From Octopus sinensis (lineage: Eukaryota), in assembly GCF_006345805.1 (NCBI RefSeq), contig NC_042999.1, forward strand, positions 56,978,001-57,042,000: a stretch of DNA of 64,000 bases, in the 5' to 3' direction. The notes under the pieces were generated by a model. That model saw nothing but the letters and a program-made list of their open reading frames with translations, did no database searches and was not told the DNA's origin. The stretch's first letter is position 1. Each line of letters starts with the position of its first letter. A program made the position numbers and the translations under genes. This document shows, in pieces, positions 13,595 through 26,319 of this stretch.

Positions 13595-13939
13595 TGACGA
13601 TGATGGTGATAATGACAATGACAATGATGATGATGAGATGCTCTGTAATTCATAATGATGAATAACAGAAAAAGAACACCATCCCTGGAAACTTTATAAT
13701 AACAGTTGGCACGGAAACAAAATAAAGTTTGTGAAAGTTGAAGGGTTTTATGTTAACTACATTAAAGTAAAGTAAAATAAAAATTAAATTAAAAAAAAAA
13801 TTGCAAAAGTTAAAATAGAAATATATTTTGGGAGAATTTTAATGATTGAAGGAATGAAATAAAATAATATTGACAAATAAGATAAAAGCGGTGGAATAAA
13901 TAGAATAGCCAATAACCAGATGGAAGAACAAAATATCTT

Positions 13940-14240
13940 TTAGTCTATCTGCATGTATACTTGCATGCCAACTTGCCCGAGTTGTTTGCAAAACTGGGAA
14001 CTGAAACAATGTCCAGTTTTGCCAACGTATAGGGAATTACAAAGTTTATATTTGCTACAATAAACAAGGTCAGTAATGATGCAGTCAAAGGGGACAGTAG
14101 CATGAAATTGAGTTTGTAGGGCCAGCTGTACACTTGCTGTTGGAGATGATGGGACAAGTGTAAAATACAAAATGGGAGCATTTGAAGGAGTCAGGCTGTG
14201 TATTACAGGAGGGAAGGGAGCTTCAAGCAAAGTGGTCATG
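13940..14240 (-). pseudogene. Degenerate Penelope-like GIY-YIG endonuclease fragment
   Basis: FDCIITDLVYCSKYKLCNSLYVGKTGHCFSSQFCKQL follows the PLE pattern F-x-C-x(3)-N-L-V-Y-x(2)-C-x(2)-C-x(3)-Y-I-G-E-T. Confidence 0.65.
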
Positions 14241-14414
14241 TAGGCTTTGTCATTCTTGAAACAAAAAAAAAAAGGAGGAGGAAGTGATGAGGAAAGCTTT
14301 TAGCAATTTGAGAGAGACAGAAGTGGAAGTAGCCTTTGTGAGATATGACTTATTAATCCTTTAGTATTCAGATTACTCTGTCAAATATATTGTGTGTTTA
14401 TTTATATTCTCTCT

Positions 14415-15020
14415 TACTCTTTTACTTGTTTCAGTCATTTTGACTGTGGCCATGCTGGAGCACCCGCCTTTAGTCCAGCAAATCAACCCCAGGACTTATT
14501 CTTTGTAAGCCTAGTACTTATTCTATCAGCCTCTTTTGCCAAACCGCTAAGTTACGGGGACATAAACACACCAGCATCGGTTGGCAAGTGATGTTGTGGG
14601 GACAAACACAGACACACAAACATGTATTGTATGCCTTGTATTCTGTTTTTTCGTTGTTTGAAATAGTCCGTTTCCATGTTTTTGTTTTTATGTTTTCGTT
14701 TCTCGTTGTGCTCTATGTCTTTTTGGTGTCCTGTACCCATGTATGCCTGTATATATACATATAGATGTGGGTATGTACATATATGTATGTATGTATGTAT
14801 GTATGCATATGTTTTATTTATTAATTTGTTATTATATATATATATATATACATATATACAATGGGCTTCTTTCAGTTTCTGTCTACCAAATTCACTCACA
14901 AGGCTTTGGTCAGCCCAAGGCTATAGTAGAAGACACTTGCCCAAGGTGCCACGCTGTAGGACTGAACCTGGAAGCATGTGGTTCGTAAGCAAGCTACTTA
15001 CCACACAGCCACTCTTGCGC
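14415..15020 (-). mobile_element. SINE family B with extra sequence in its internal microsatellite
   Basis: Family B 3' and 5' halves flank an unrelated T-rich segment at about 14627-14740. Confidence 0.85.
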
Positions 15021-16329
15021 CTATTGTTTTGAATTTCTCATACACTATCTGCAGTTTAGAGATTTTGATGTGGCTTTTTAATTTTAAAATGACATTGTAA
15101 GGTTGGCCAGTTTCAACATAAAATAAGTTAATGTTTTGGCTGGATATGGCCTGTTTGAAAACTAAAGAGTTAAAGAGGCAGGGCAGACAAGCATCTGTCT
15201 GGGTGAAAAGTCATAGAAAATGAGTTCAATCTTCAGGTACCTGTGTTTTGGATAAAAGTAATGAAGTTCTATTGGTGGCCTGAATTTGTTGAAATACAGA
15301 TTTGACAAATGCATTTTTTCCTAGCTTGGAGATTCCTCCTGAACTATGGCTATTTATTCTCTGAGTTCAAATCCCATTAAGATCAACTTTGCCTTTCATT
15401 CTTTTGGGGGTCAGTAATATGAATACAATAGAAGTGCTGGAGTCAGTACAATGATTTATTTCACCCCCAAATCTTGTGGCCTCATAGCTACATAGGAAAT
15501 CATTTTAGTATCTTGTTTTTAGATATGTGTGTGTGTGTGTGTGTGTGTGTAATTATATATTCTGGGCACCTTTTCTATGGGGTTTTCATTCAGCAGCACC
15601 GTTTACATGATGGTAAATCTGGCATCAGTTCCCTTCATAATTCCAGAGTACAAACGAAGAACAAAATTGTGATGCTTGTATTCTATTCAATACAGCCATA
15701 GAAACCATACCAAATCAGACTGGAGTCTGGCGCAGCTCCCCAGCTTGCCAGCTCTGATCAAACTGTCTGACTCCTGCCAACATGGACAACAGACATTTGA
15801 TGATAATGATGGTGTTATCTGGGGCTTATGCAGCAGGAATTCCATATCTGCCTCCTGGTGTTGTCCTTATATTATTATCATATCTCATATTGCATTATAT
15901 TATTTTGATTTTGTATATAAGTGTGGTGTATTGTATTATACTGAATTACTGGGATATATCCTTTCAAATGCTGTATAAGTGATAGTAGGATAATTGTCCT
16001 GAATAAATGATTGCTGATTCTAAAGTAAGCACGCATCACCACCTTGCAATAACATGAATAGTTGTAATGCATTGTAGCAGAACAAAGTAAACGAGGAATG
16101 TCAATAACCTTATATTTCGATCAGTATGGAGCAGAAATAAGTAAAACAGAGAAAAAGTAGCTTTGAAACATATAAAGAGATATAAAGAGTGCAAAGGTGA
16201 GTTCAAGAATGTCAATTAAAAAGTAAAATAAAGAGACCTAATGAACTTGACTCTTAAGCAGAAATATAATAGAATAAGTGAGGTTAAGAGAAAGAAACTG
16301 TGTGATAGTTAAGTATTGATCCATTTGAT

Positions 16330-16760
16330 CAGATGATAATGTGAACTTCCAATATTTCAGAAGGTCATTTTCAAATTTTCACCATTTGGTAAAGATTTCT
16401 TAACTTGCATTTAGATAATTTGCAGAACTGTTAAAGGTTTTCAGTATGAGGTTCTTTTTAGTTATACGCATCTCATATATTTTTATCCAATTCTATATGG
16501 TGTGCACTGTTCAAAGGTCTTCCACCTGATATTGAAATTAGTGGCACATTCTTTCAAATTCCAAATGTAACTGGACGATGTTGTATGCTTCTTTTCTTTT
16601 AAATCTGAAGCGAGAAGTATGATAGAAGTAAGATTATTTAAATTTACATTCTAACTAACCTATATAGTAGGTATAAAAGTTTGGTTTGATGAAGATTAAT
16701 TGCTTCATATATGATCACTTCATTATTAGATGGCTAACTCATTTAAACTGTATAAAGTTC
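16330..16760 (-). pseudogene. Highly degenerate Penelope-like GIY-YIG C-terminal fragment
   Basis: Minus-strand reading with stops and frameshifts: IIYEA...YYIG*LECKFK...HTTSSSYIWNLKECATNFNIRWKTFEQCTPYRIG, typical of the PLE endonuclease tail. Confidence 0.55.
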
Positions 16761-17807
16761 TGATCTCTAACTGTGGAAGAACTTGTAGAAGGTATAGATG
16801 CAGGGGATGAGATGGTGAAGTATGATCTTTCAATGTTGAGTTTCATAGAAGTGATGAGAAGCAATTGAGTCCTTTGGTGATATGCTGTTCTTGAGAATAC
16901 ATATCAAACCAATTGGAATTGTAGTCATGGTCAGTGCTGGTGACACATAAAAGACACATACTACACTCTTGGAGTGGTTAGTGTTAAGAAGGATATCCAA
17001 TCACAGAAACCAAACCAAACCATACTGTAGCCTGGCACAGTTCTTTGGCTTACTGGTTACAGTCAAACCATCTAACCCATGCCAGCGTGGAAAATGGATG
17101 ATGATGATGATGTTGATGAAATACATGTCTGTTAGTCACATTTAGCTGGTTTGTGTGTTATGAGATCATTCTTATTGGGAGGAGAGCTATAATTTAGTTT
17201 TAGAGTGTTTCTATTAAATAGTTTTCTCTAGTGGTGATTGATTTGAAAATACCTATTTATTAGAGGTATGATGTCTTTGGCAATACTAGACTTAATGCTC
17301 AGAGAAAAAGAAGGCATGAACAAGATGATGTGGCACATGCATGTGTGTTTGTGTGTGTGTGTGCTTTGCCAATATACATTGGTGAAGGATATAAAGATCA
17401 GCAAAAATCTGGTGTTTTATGCATAAGTCCTTTGAGAAATTTGTTGTACATCACATTATGGTTATTCATTTGTCATTATCGTCATCTGAAATGCAGTGAA
17501 CCAGTGTATGCTTCTGTTGGAAATCTGTAGCCAACAGCGCCATTGTTTAACAAATATATGATATGAAATAAAAACATTAAAAAAATACCAATTTCTCTCT
17601 CTCTCTCTCTCCCCCTCTGTCAATGTACATATATGCATATCTGTGTGTGTGTGTGTGTGTATAGGTATTATATATATACAAATATACATATATGCATACA
17701 TTTATATGTGTATATATGTATGCATACATATATATGCATGTATCTATATATAAATATAAAATTAATATAAACAGTTCTATGTGCGTGTATATATATATAT
17801 ATATATA

Positions 17808-18072
17808 TGGGGTAGAAAGGGCTCCTTAGCCGTAGTGAAGGCAATCTATCTAGGGAGATAACCTTACAATAAATCACTGGGTCCGTAGCTTAGAAATACT
17901 GGTTGACGTCCAGCGGGAACAGCTTTGTTTCATGGAGGAGGAAAGATCTTCTTTAGTACTTGGTTGTACAATGCTTTCCAATGTGTGTAGTAGTGGCGCG
18001 CGCACACATTATTAGCCATTTGAAAAGACTATGAAAGTCTCGACCACGGTCGAACAATGATGAATGATGATG

Positions 18073-18075
<3 letters not shown>
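17808..18075 (+). mobile_element. Probable LINE 3' fragment with a (TGA)n tail, flanked by a 26-bp direct repeat
   Basis: tataaaattaatataaacagttctat at 17755-17780 and 18156-18181; tail tgatgaatgatgatgat. Confidence 0.5.
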
Positions 18076-18105
<30 letters not shown>

Positions 18106-18214
18106 TATATATATACACACACACATATATATATACACACACACACACACACATATATAAAATTAATATAAACAGTTCTATATCTATATCTATATATATA
18201 TATATAATTTCTAG

Positions 18215-18307
18215 TGACAACTTGGAAGGAGAAACACTGACCTCATGTAGCCAGATGGTTAGACAGCTTGTGAGGAGGGAGCAAGCAAAATCATTGGCAA
18301 CAGCTGA
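18215..18307 (+). CDS. Candidate exon 3 (DNLEGETLTSCSQMVRQLVRREQAKSLATA + GA)
   Basis: aatttctag acceptor, gtaagg donor, 93 nt open, non-repetitive protein-like sequence; phase 2 in and out. Confidence 0.7.
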
Positions 18308-18859
18308 GTAAGGAAGTGTTAATGAATTCCACTCAATGAAATTCAATGATTTCAGACAATTGAAAGAAAATCCAAAATGTCAATTTTAAGAGAGACAACA
18401 TGAAATACAGAGACTTCCACTCCAATGTGTGTGTGTGTGTGTGCGTGTGTGTGTGCGTGTGTGTGTGTGTGCGTGTGTACAGAGAGAGAGAGGAGGGGGA
18501 AGAAGGGAGAGAAAAACACACAACTGGGTAAAGTGATGAATTCAATACAATGAAACCTATTTTAAGCTGCTGCTTCTCAAATTGTGACTCTGGGATTTAT
18601 GCTTTACCAATTCCCAAGTAATAAAAGAAATGAATCAAATGATTTTGTTTCTTTAAATACCAAATCAAAATGGTTGAATGTGCAATGTTCGTTAACAATC
18701 AAAGACCTTTTGATTTCGTTAGACTGTATAGAACAGTATTATGCAAGACCACCCAATGTTTACCTGCAAGGCATTCTGAAATATTTCAATATAAAAATTC
18801 TTACTCATGACAATAAAAACATTGAATAATAGATGCTTGTTAACAAAAGAAGATTACAG

Positions 18860-19490
18860 CAGGAGGAAGACCTGGATACAGCAAGCTTCTCACCACATAG
18901 TTCTGGGTTCAGTCCCACTGTGTGGAACTTTGGGCAACAGGCTGACCAAAGCCTTGTGAGTGGATTTGGTAGACAGAAACTGAAAGAAGTGGTGAGCTGG
19001 CTGAAACGTTAGCATGCCGGGAAAAATGCTTAGCGGTATTTCGTCTGCTGTTACGCTCTCAGCTCAAATTCCGCTGAGGTCGACTTTATCTTTCATCCTT
19101 TCGGGGGTCGATAAATTAAGTACCTGTTACACACTGGGGTCAATGTAATCGACTTAATCCATTTGTCTGTCCTTGTTTGTCCTCTCTATGTTTAGCCCCT
19201 TGTGGGCAATAAGGAAATAAGAAACTGAAAGAAGCCTGTTGTGTACACACACACACATAACATATATCTTTGTGTCTGTGTTTACCCCCCTCCCCCTCCA
19301 CCGCTTGGTGGTGACGTGTTTGCATCCCCTTAACTTAGTGGTCTGGCAGAGGGACCAATAGAATAGGTTTTATGCTTTAAAAAGGAGAAGAAAACCAAAT
19401 GAAAGGTACTGGGGTCAATTCATTTGACTTCAAGGCAGTGCCCCAGCATGGTCACAGTCTAATGACTGAAACAAGTAAAAGATAAAAGAT
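18860..19490 (+). mobile_element. SINE B with a full SINE A (18990-19220) nested in it
   Basis: 14-bp TSD gaaactgaaagaag at 18976-18989 and 19221-19234. Confidence 0.9.
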
Positions 19491-19737
19491 GTATACCAAG
19501 GTGTTCAATCATTGGGTATTTAAAACTACTTCAGCAAATATTCTGATTTATTGCTACAAGATATTGTTATATGAGTGCTGAGAGGTTGCTTAAGTTAGAA
19601 TTCATACGGGACAATATAATCATCCCTACTGAAATAGAAGGATCACTGCAATTGGTCTCCTGATTATAGGGTCTGGTTTGTTATGATGACTTTCAAATAA
19701 TTTTATAGTTTTGATAATGCTATTTTCTGAAGACTAG

Positions 19738-19787
19738 ATATACCTCAGCAAACGCATGGGTAAATGTCCATCTCAGGATCTCTGAAA
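19738..19787 (+). CDS. Candidate exon 4 (E-YTSANAWVNVHLRISE-K)
   Basis: ctag acceptor (weak tract), gtatgt donor; phase 2 in, phase 1 out, fitting both neighbours. Confidence 0.6.
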
Positions 19788-20269
19788 GTATGTCAGCATT
19801 TTTATTGAATATTTATGTGAAAAGAATCTGTCAAGTCAGTATAATCTCAGGAAACCAAATTATAAACTATAAATACTTTCACACAATAAACTACCAATCT
19901 CAAAAGACAGAAATTATTTAATGGACAATTTTCGGAGTCAAAGTAATTACACCAGGAGGAAGACTTGGATATAGACAGCTGTTTATGATTCTCATCACAA
20001 AGATTTCTGTGGGAAAATTAAATGCACAATTAAAACCTAATTTAACAGTATTCTTACTCTTTTATTCTTTTACTTGTTTCAGTCATTTGACTGTGGTCAT
20101 GCTGGAGCACCACCTTTAGACGAGCAAATCAACCCCAGGACTTATTCTTTGTAAGCCTAGTATTTATTCTATCGGTCTCTTTTGCCAAACCGCTATGTTA
20201 TGTGATTTGCTCGACTAAAGGCAGTGCTCCAGCATGGCTGCAGTCAAATGACTGAAACAAGTAAAAGAG

Positions 20270-21760
20270 TAATGTAATCAATTTTTCCCCTCCTCTTAAA
20301 ACTGCTGGCCTTGTGGAATTGACAGAATTATTAGCAAATAAGATGGAATGCTTTACGGCATTTCTTCTGGCTATACATCCTGAGTTCAAATTCCACCAAG
20401 GCCAACTTTACCTTTCATCCTTTTAGGGGCTGATAAAATAAGTACCAGTGAAGCAGTGGTGTTGATGTAATTGACTAGCCACTTCCTGCAAAATTTCAGG
20501 CCTTGTGCCTATCGTAGAAAGGATTCTTAAGGTGGTAAGCAGGAAGAACTGCCAGCACATTGGACAACATTTCGTCTGGCTTTACATTCTGAGTTCACAC
20601 TCTGCTGAAGTCGACTTTGCCTTTCATCCTATTAGGGTCCATAAAACAGGTACCAGTCAAGCAGTGTGTGTGTGTGTGTGTGATGGTGGGGTGGGTATCA
20701 ACATAATCGACTTACCCTCTCTACCAAAATGTCTGCCCTTCTGCCAAAATTTGAAAGCATCATTAATATTATTATTGCCTTTGGGACCAATGAAATAAGT
20801 ACCACTGGAACACTGGGGTCAATTTAATTGATTAGCCTCTTTCCCCCAACCACTTAAATTTCAGGCCCTGTGCCTATAGTAGAAAGTATTTTTATTATTA
20901 TTATTGAGTGAGAGAGCAGTGCATGCCATCAAAGTGACACTGAGGTAAAATATACGAAGCCCAGTATATCCATCATGACTATCCATCTGGTAGGGGTACA
21001 CCAGGCATATGCATCACAACCATATGTGCGTGACATGGTGATCTAATATCAAGTTAAACTGTGCATGACCTTGCAGATGGGGCTCAGAATTTTCTTCAGG
21101 TCGAGTAGCCCATCCTGCTCAAAAGGTCCCTGAATACAGTTTGTTTAAGGATGATGAATGAAACGCCCATGTTTCCAGAGGTAAATTATTCAAACCCCAA
21201 AGAATCCCTCTCAACACATGGCTATGATGCTCCCCTACTACTTCTGCTCATGATCAGAGATGTACATATCGTCAGCGACTAAGTGACATGCTCAACTGGT
21301 TACGGTCAAGCAACTGACAAGAAAATCTGTGGTATTGAGCAGAATATTTGCAGTAACCCATCTTTTATACCAAGACAAAACAATGTACATGATGACACTT
21401 CCAATCAGTTAAGATCAGAAGCCATGAGAGCCACTGCCTGGTACTGCGCCAGGGCATTTATTATTATTATTATTGTTATTATTATTATTAGGCATCAAAC
21501 TGGAAGAATTGTTAGTACGTCAGGCAAATTGCTTAACAGCATTTCATCTGTCCTTACATTCTGAGTTCAAAGTCCAGCAAGGTTGACTTCACCTGTCATC
21601 CTTTTGGGATTGATGAAATAAGTACCAGTTATGCACTGGGATTGATGTAATCGACTAGTCCTCTTCCCCAAAATTTCAGGCCTTGTGCCTATTGTAGAAA
21701 GGATTATTATTATTATTAATATTAATATTATTATTATTATTATTACTATTATTAATTTTA
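20270..21760 (+). mobile_element. Cluster of about 4 SINE A copies around a family C element (20907-21455, minus strand)
   Basis: Family A units at about 20320, 20530, 20790 and 21490; family C matches the other two copies. Confidence 0.8.
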
Positions 21761-21799
21761 TCCTTAAAATCATGTTTTTCTATGCAACATTATAATTAG

Positions 21800-21847
21800 A
21801 GGCTGCTATGTTGAAGGAAGCCATACCAGATGAAACAGTAGATAATG
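21800..21847 (+). CDS. Candidate exon 5 (K-AAMLKEAIPDETVDN + G)
   Basis: tataattag acceptor, gtaatg donor, 48 nt open; phase 1 in and out. Confidence 0.65.
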
Positions 21848-22574
21848 GTAATGTAACATTTTTTTCTGCTAAATCATTCTTAATGGCTGATGAGTGGTTT
21901 GAAGTAATATTTACATGCAATAATTTTTAAATTGGATTCCTAAATTGTGGTGAATATTTGTTTGTTTTTATATCAAGGGGAATATAAAATCAAAGGGATT
22001 TTCTATCTTTAACAGGCATATTTGTCACTGCATTTTATGCTTTACTGATTTTCAGGCAATGAGGAAAATGAATCAAACGATCTTATAGTTTATAACACCA
22101 TCACTACCACCACCATCACCCCCTGTTACCATCGCCATCATCCTTATCATTTTAACATTCACTTTTTTCATGCTTGCATGGCTGGGTTAGAATTTATTGA
22201 TACAGATTAGAAGATTTTCAATAGTCCAATGTTCTTCCTGTCACTAACTTTTACCTGTTTCCAAACAAGGTGACATTCCCCCTTCATGGCCAAACATGTT
22301 TCCACAGAAGATTGGAAAGAGATATCACTTCTTATATGATAGTGACACTTATGTACAACTATCACATGATGCTAAGACATGATGACACCAACACCAACAT
22401 ATACATAGATAATGCAAGACTTTTCTCAAGTTCCAAATGTGAATTTGTCTGTGTTAACTACATCCCAAAGATGGAGCCTTGTATCTTTGTTAGAAACCGG
22501 CTCCCTCCTCACTGGAAGATTTATAATAATTATGAAATAGGAGAGACATACATAACTAACACTCTATTGGTTAT

Positions 22575-22860
22575 GACGATGAGGGTTCCAGTTGATGTGA
22601 TCAAAGGAACAGCCTGCTTGTGAAATTAACGTGCAAGTGACTGAGCACTCCACTGACATGTATAGCCTTAATGTAATTCTCAGAGAGATTAAGTATGAAA
22701 CAGAATATGACAAGGCTGGCCCTTTGAAATACTGGTACTGCTCATTTTTGCCAGCTGAGTAGACTGGGGCAATATAGAACAAAGTGTCTTGCTCAATGGC
22801 ACAATGTGCCACTGGGAATCGAACTCACAACTTTATGATCATAGGCTGAATACCCTACAT
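22575..22860 (-). mobile_element. Old tRNA-headed SINE related to family D
   Basis: Shares the gagtgctcag.cacttgcacgttaatttcac.agcaggctgttcc block with 50197-50582; similar copy at about 29000-29320. Confidence 0.7.
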
Positions 22861-22903
22861 GCATGCATGCATACATACATACATACACCTCAAATATAAA
22901 ATT

Positions 22904-22999
22904 CTTCCCTGAAGATGGAGGCTGGTATTATCCAATGATGGAATCAATTTACAATCATTATTTTGGACTACCAAAACCCCCAGAAACAGCTGTTGGACT
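22904..22999 (+). ncRNA. Minimal hammerhead-ribozyme-like motif with a long stem II
   Basis: CTGAAGA 22909-22915, long hairpin (ggta/tacc, tcca/tgga, aatgat/atcatt), GAAA 22983-22986, palindromic CAGCTG, TT, then gga able to pair with tcc. Confidence 0.5.
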
Positions 23000-23076
23000 T
23001 GTAAAACTCTTATTCAACCCTTTCAATTCCTGATATCAGTTCTATTCTGTGTAAGTCGACCTTTTTATATGTAAAA

Positions 23077-23246
23077 GAGTGGCTGTGTGGTAAGAAGCTT
23101 GCTTACGAACTACATGGTTCCGGGTTCAGTCCCACTGCGTGGCACCTTGGGCAAGTGTCTTCTGCAATAGCCTCGGGCTGACCAAAGCCTTGTGAGTGGA
23201 TTCGGTAGACAGAAACTGAAAGAAGCCTGTCGTATATATATATATG

Positions 23247-23319
<73 letters not shown>

Positions 23320-23520
23320 CTGTGTTTGTCCCCCCAACATCACTTGACAACCGATGCTGGTGTGTTTACATCCCCGTAACTTAGCAGTTTGGCAAAAGAG
23401 ACTGATAGAATAAGTACTAGGCTAACAAAGAATATGTCCTGGGGTCAATTTGCTCGACTAAAGGTGGTGCTCCAGCATGGCCGCAGTCAAATGACTGAAA
23501 CAAGTAAAAGTGTAAAAGAG
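23077..23520 (+). mobile_element. Full-length SINE family B
   Basis: Head gagtggctgtgtggtaag through the acaagtaaaag tail. Confidence 0.9.
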
Positions 23521-23546
23521 TATATGTACATTTTTTGTATTAAATA

Positions 23547-25825
23547 TCATCATCATCGTTTAACATCCGTTCTCCATGCTAGCATGGGTTGGACGGTTCG
23601 ACCGGGGATCTGGGAAGCCAGAAGGCTGCACCAGGCTCCAGTCTGATCTGGCAGTGTTTCTACAGCTGGATGCTCATCCTAACGCCAACCACTCCGTGAG
23701 TGTAGTGGGTGCTTTTTATGTGCCACCTGCACAGGTGCCAGGCAAGGCTGGCAACGGCCACGATCGGATCGGTGCATTTTACGTGCCACCGGCACGGAAG
23801 CCAGTCAAGGCGGAGCTGGCATCGGCCACGATTCGGATGGTGCTTTTTACGTGCCACCGGCATGGAAGCCAGTCAAGGCCGCGCTGGCATCGGACACGAT
23901 TCGGATAGTGCTTTTTACGTGCCACTGGCATGGAAGCCAGTCTAGGCGGCACTGGCATCGGCCACGTTCAGATGGTGCTTTTTATGTGCTGCCGGCACAG
24001 GGATCACAACTGCAGTTTTCTTTGATTTTGATGTTGGTGTACTTGACTCAATGGATCTCCTCAAGCACAGGGTTGAAATAGTGTTTCTTCACTTGCCACC
24101 TGCACAGGACTCAGTCCAGCGGTCCTAGAAACTGCCAGGTGCCAGTCATAGGATTGGTTCAATTTCGATTCCAATTTCACTTGCCCCAACAGGTCTTCGC
24201 AAGCAGAGTTTAGTGTCCAATGAAGGGAGGTTGGCATGGGTGCCTGTGGTCGGATGAGGTTCGATTTCGACTTCGCTTGCCTCAACAGGTCTTTGTGTGT
24301 CCAAGGGAGGAAAGACATGCATAAGTGGGCTGGACTCACTTGTCCTGCAGGGTCTTCTCATGCACAGCATATTTCCAAAGGTCTCGGTCACTAGTCATTG
24401 CCTCAGTGAGGCCTAAAGTTCGAAGGTCGTGCTTCACCACCTCGTCCCAGGTTTTCCTGGGTCTACCTCTTCCATGGGTTCCCTCAACTGCTAGGGATTG
24501 GCACTTTTTTGCACACCTATCCTCATCCATTCTCTCCACATGACCATACCAGTGCAGTCATCTCTCTTGCACACCACAGGTGATGCTTCTTAGGTCCAAC
24601 CTTTCTCTCAAGGTACTAACACTCTGTCGAGTATGCACACTGACATTACACATCCATCGGAGCATACTGGTTTCATTCCTCACAAGCTTACGCATGTCCT
24701 CAGCAGTCACAGCCCATGTTTCACTGCCATGTAGCATGGCTGTTCGTACACATGCATCATACAGTCTGCCTTTTACTCTGACCGAGAGGCCTTTAGTCAC
24801 CAGCAGAGGTAAGAGCTCCCTGAACTTTGCCCAGGCTATTCTTACTCTAGCAGTTACACTTTCAGCACACCCACCCCCACTACTGACTTGATCACTTAGA
24901 TAACGGAAGCTATCAACTACTTCTAGTTTTTCCCCCTGGAAAGTGACAGAAGTTGTTTTCTGCAGATTTTCAGTGTTTATTGCCCCTGAGCGTCGGCCAA
25001 ATACAAAAACTATCTTCCCAGTTAGCCTTCCTTTGACATTGCTGCACCTCTTATGTGTCCATAGCTTACACTGGGTACATCTTATAGAGTTTCTACCTAC
25101 GCCTTTTCTACAGATCGAGCACGGCCATCTACCTAAAGGCATTTGTGGTTTGCCTGCCTTCCTACTTATTAGGACTTTGGTTTTAGCTAGGTTGACTCTA
25201 AAGGCCCTCGATTCTAATCCTTGTTTCCACACCTGAAACTTCTCCTCCAGTTCTGATAGTGATTCAGCAATTAGAGCAAGGTCGTCAGCATAGAGGAGCT
25301 CCCAGGGGCATCCTGTCTTGAATTCCTCCGTAATTGCCTTGAGAACTATGATAAATAGGAGGGGGCTGAGGACTGAACCCTGGTGGACCCCAACCTTGAA
25401 TTCTTCAGTGTACACGTTGCCAACCCTAACCTTACTTACAGCATCCCTGTACATGGCTTGCACAGCTCTCACCAGCCATTCATCTATCCCTAGTTTCCTC
25501 ATTGACCACCAGATAAGGGATCGGGGGACCCTGTCAAAGAAAGCCAGGTACAGGGGCTTATCTTTGGCTAGGTATTTCTCCTGCAGCTGTCTCACCAGAA
25601 ATATGGCATCAGTGGTGCTTTTCCCTGGCACGAAACCAAACTGCATCTTATCCAAGTTGACTCTCTCTCTAATTAGTTGGGCTATAACCCTCTCCATAAC
25701 CTTCATTCCTAATCCAACAGCTTGATACATCTGTAATTATTTGTATCTAGGGCGTCACCTTTACCTTTGTAGCAACTGACTATTATTGTGCTACACCAGT
25801 CATTGGGTATGACTCCTTCATTTAA
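23547..25825 (-). mobile_element. 5'-truncated RTE-clade LINE, copy A (RT, PHD-like finger, ~750-bp 3' UTR, (TGA)n tail)
   Basis: ORF 24558-25730 with QFGF, HQGSVLSP and YADD RT motifs, plus C-terminal GRGRPRKTW; in-frame loss of VDMEKA (motif A) relative to copy B. Confidence 0.95.
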
Positions 25826-26319
25826 TATTTTTTGTATATCAACTTGCCTAACCTGTTTATCTGTACATTTACTTCCATATATGTACATACATAAATAAAT
25901 AAATACATACAATCATACACCCATTTACAAAAGAAAATCTTATAATTTAATTGGAGCATGTAACAGCATTATACAAGGTTGTTTAAAATTCGTTCCGTAA
26001 GCATTTTGAAAATGTTTTGGCAAAAAATTTGACTCATGACACGTTAGCATTGAATGTGAGATACATGTGAACAAAAGTATGGTAATAAGTTGGTTGATAT
26101 CGTTTTAAAATGCTCAATGCTTGAAAGTCAGGTCATACAGTGCTACACTGATACATGCTGCAAACAAATCAAAAGGCCTTCTAATGTTGGTGGATACTTT
26201 CAGCAGTTTTTATTGCATATATATAAATATAAGACTATTTGTTATGTTTCTGATATTACTTAGAAATCAGTAAAATGTAAAACTCAGAGTGGTAATGTGT
26301 GAAGTTACAGCTTAAAACA

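Noticed and set aside
19744-19781. Minus-strand exon reading ILRWTFTHAFAE (tttcag / gtatat)
   Set aside because: It overlaps the + strand exon, which fits both neighbours in phase; the nearest downstream acceptor (19628) gives an immediate stop
24580-25725. Plus-strand ORFs 24580-24891, 24943-25236 and 25318-25725 (and minus ORFs 60147-60536, 60648-60941)
   Set aside because: Antisense shadows of the RTE ORF
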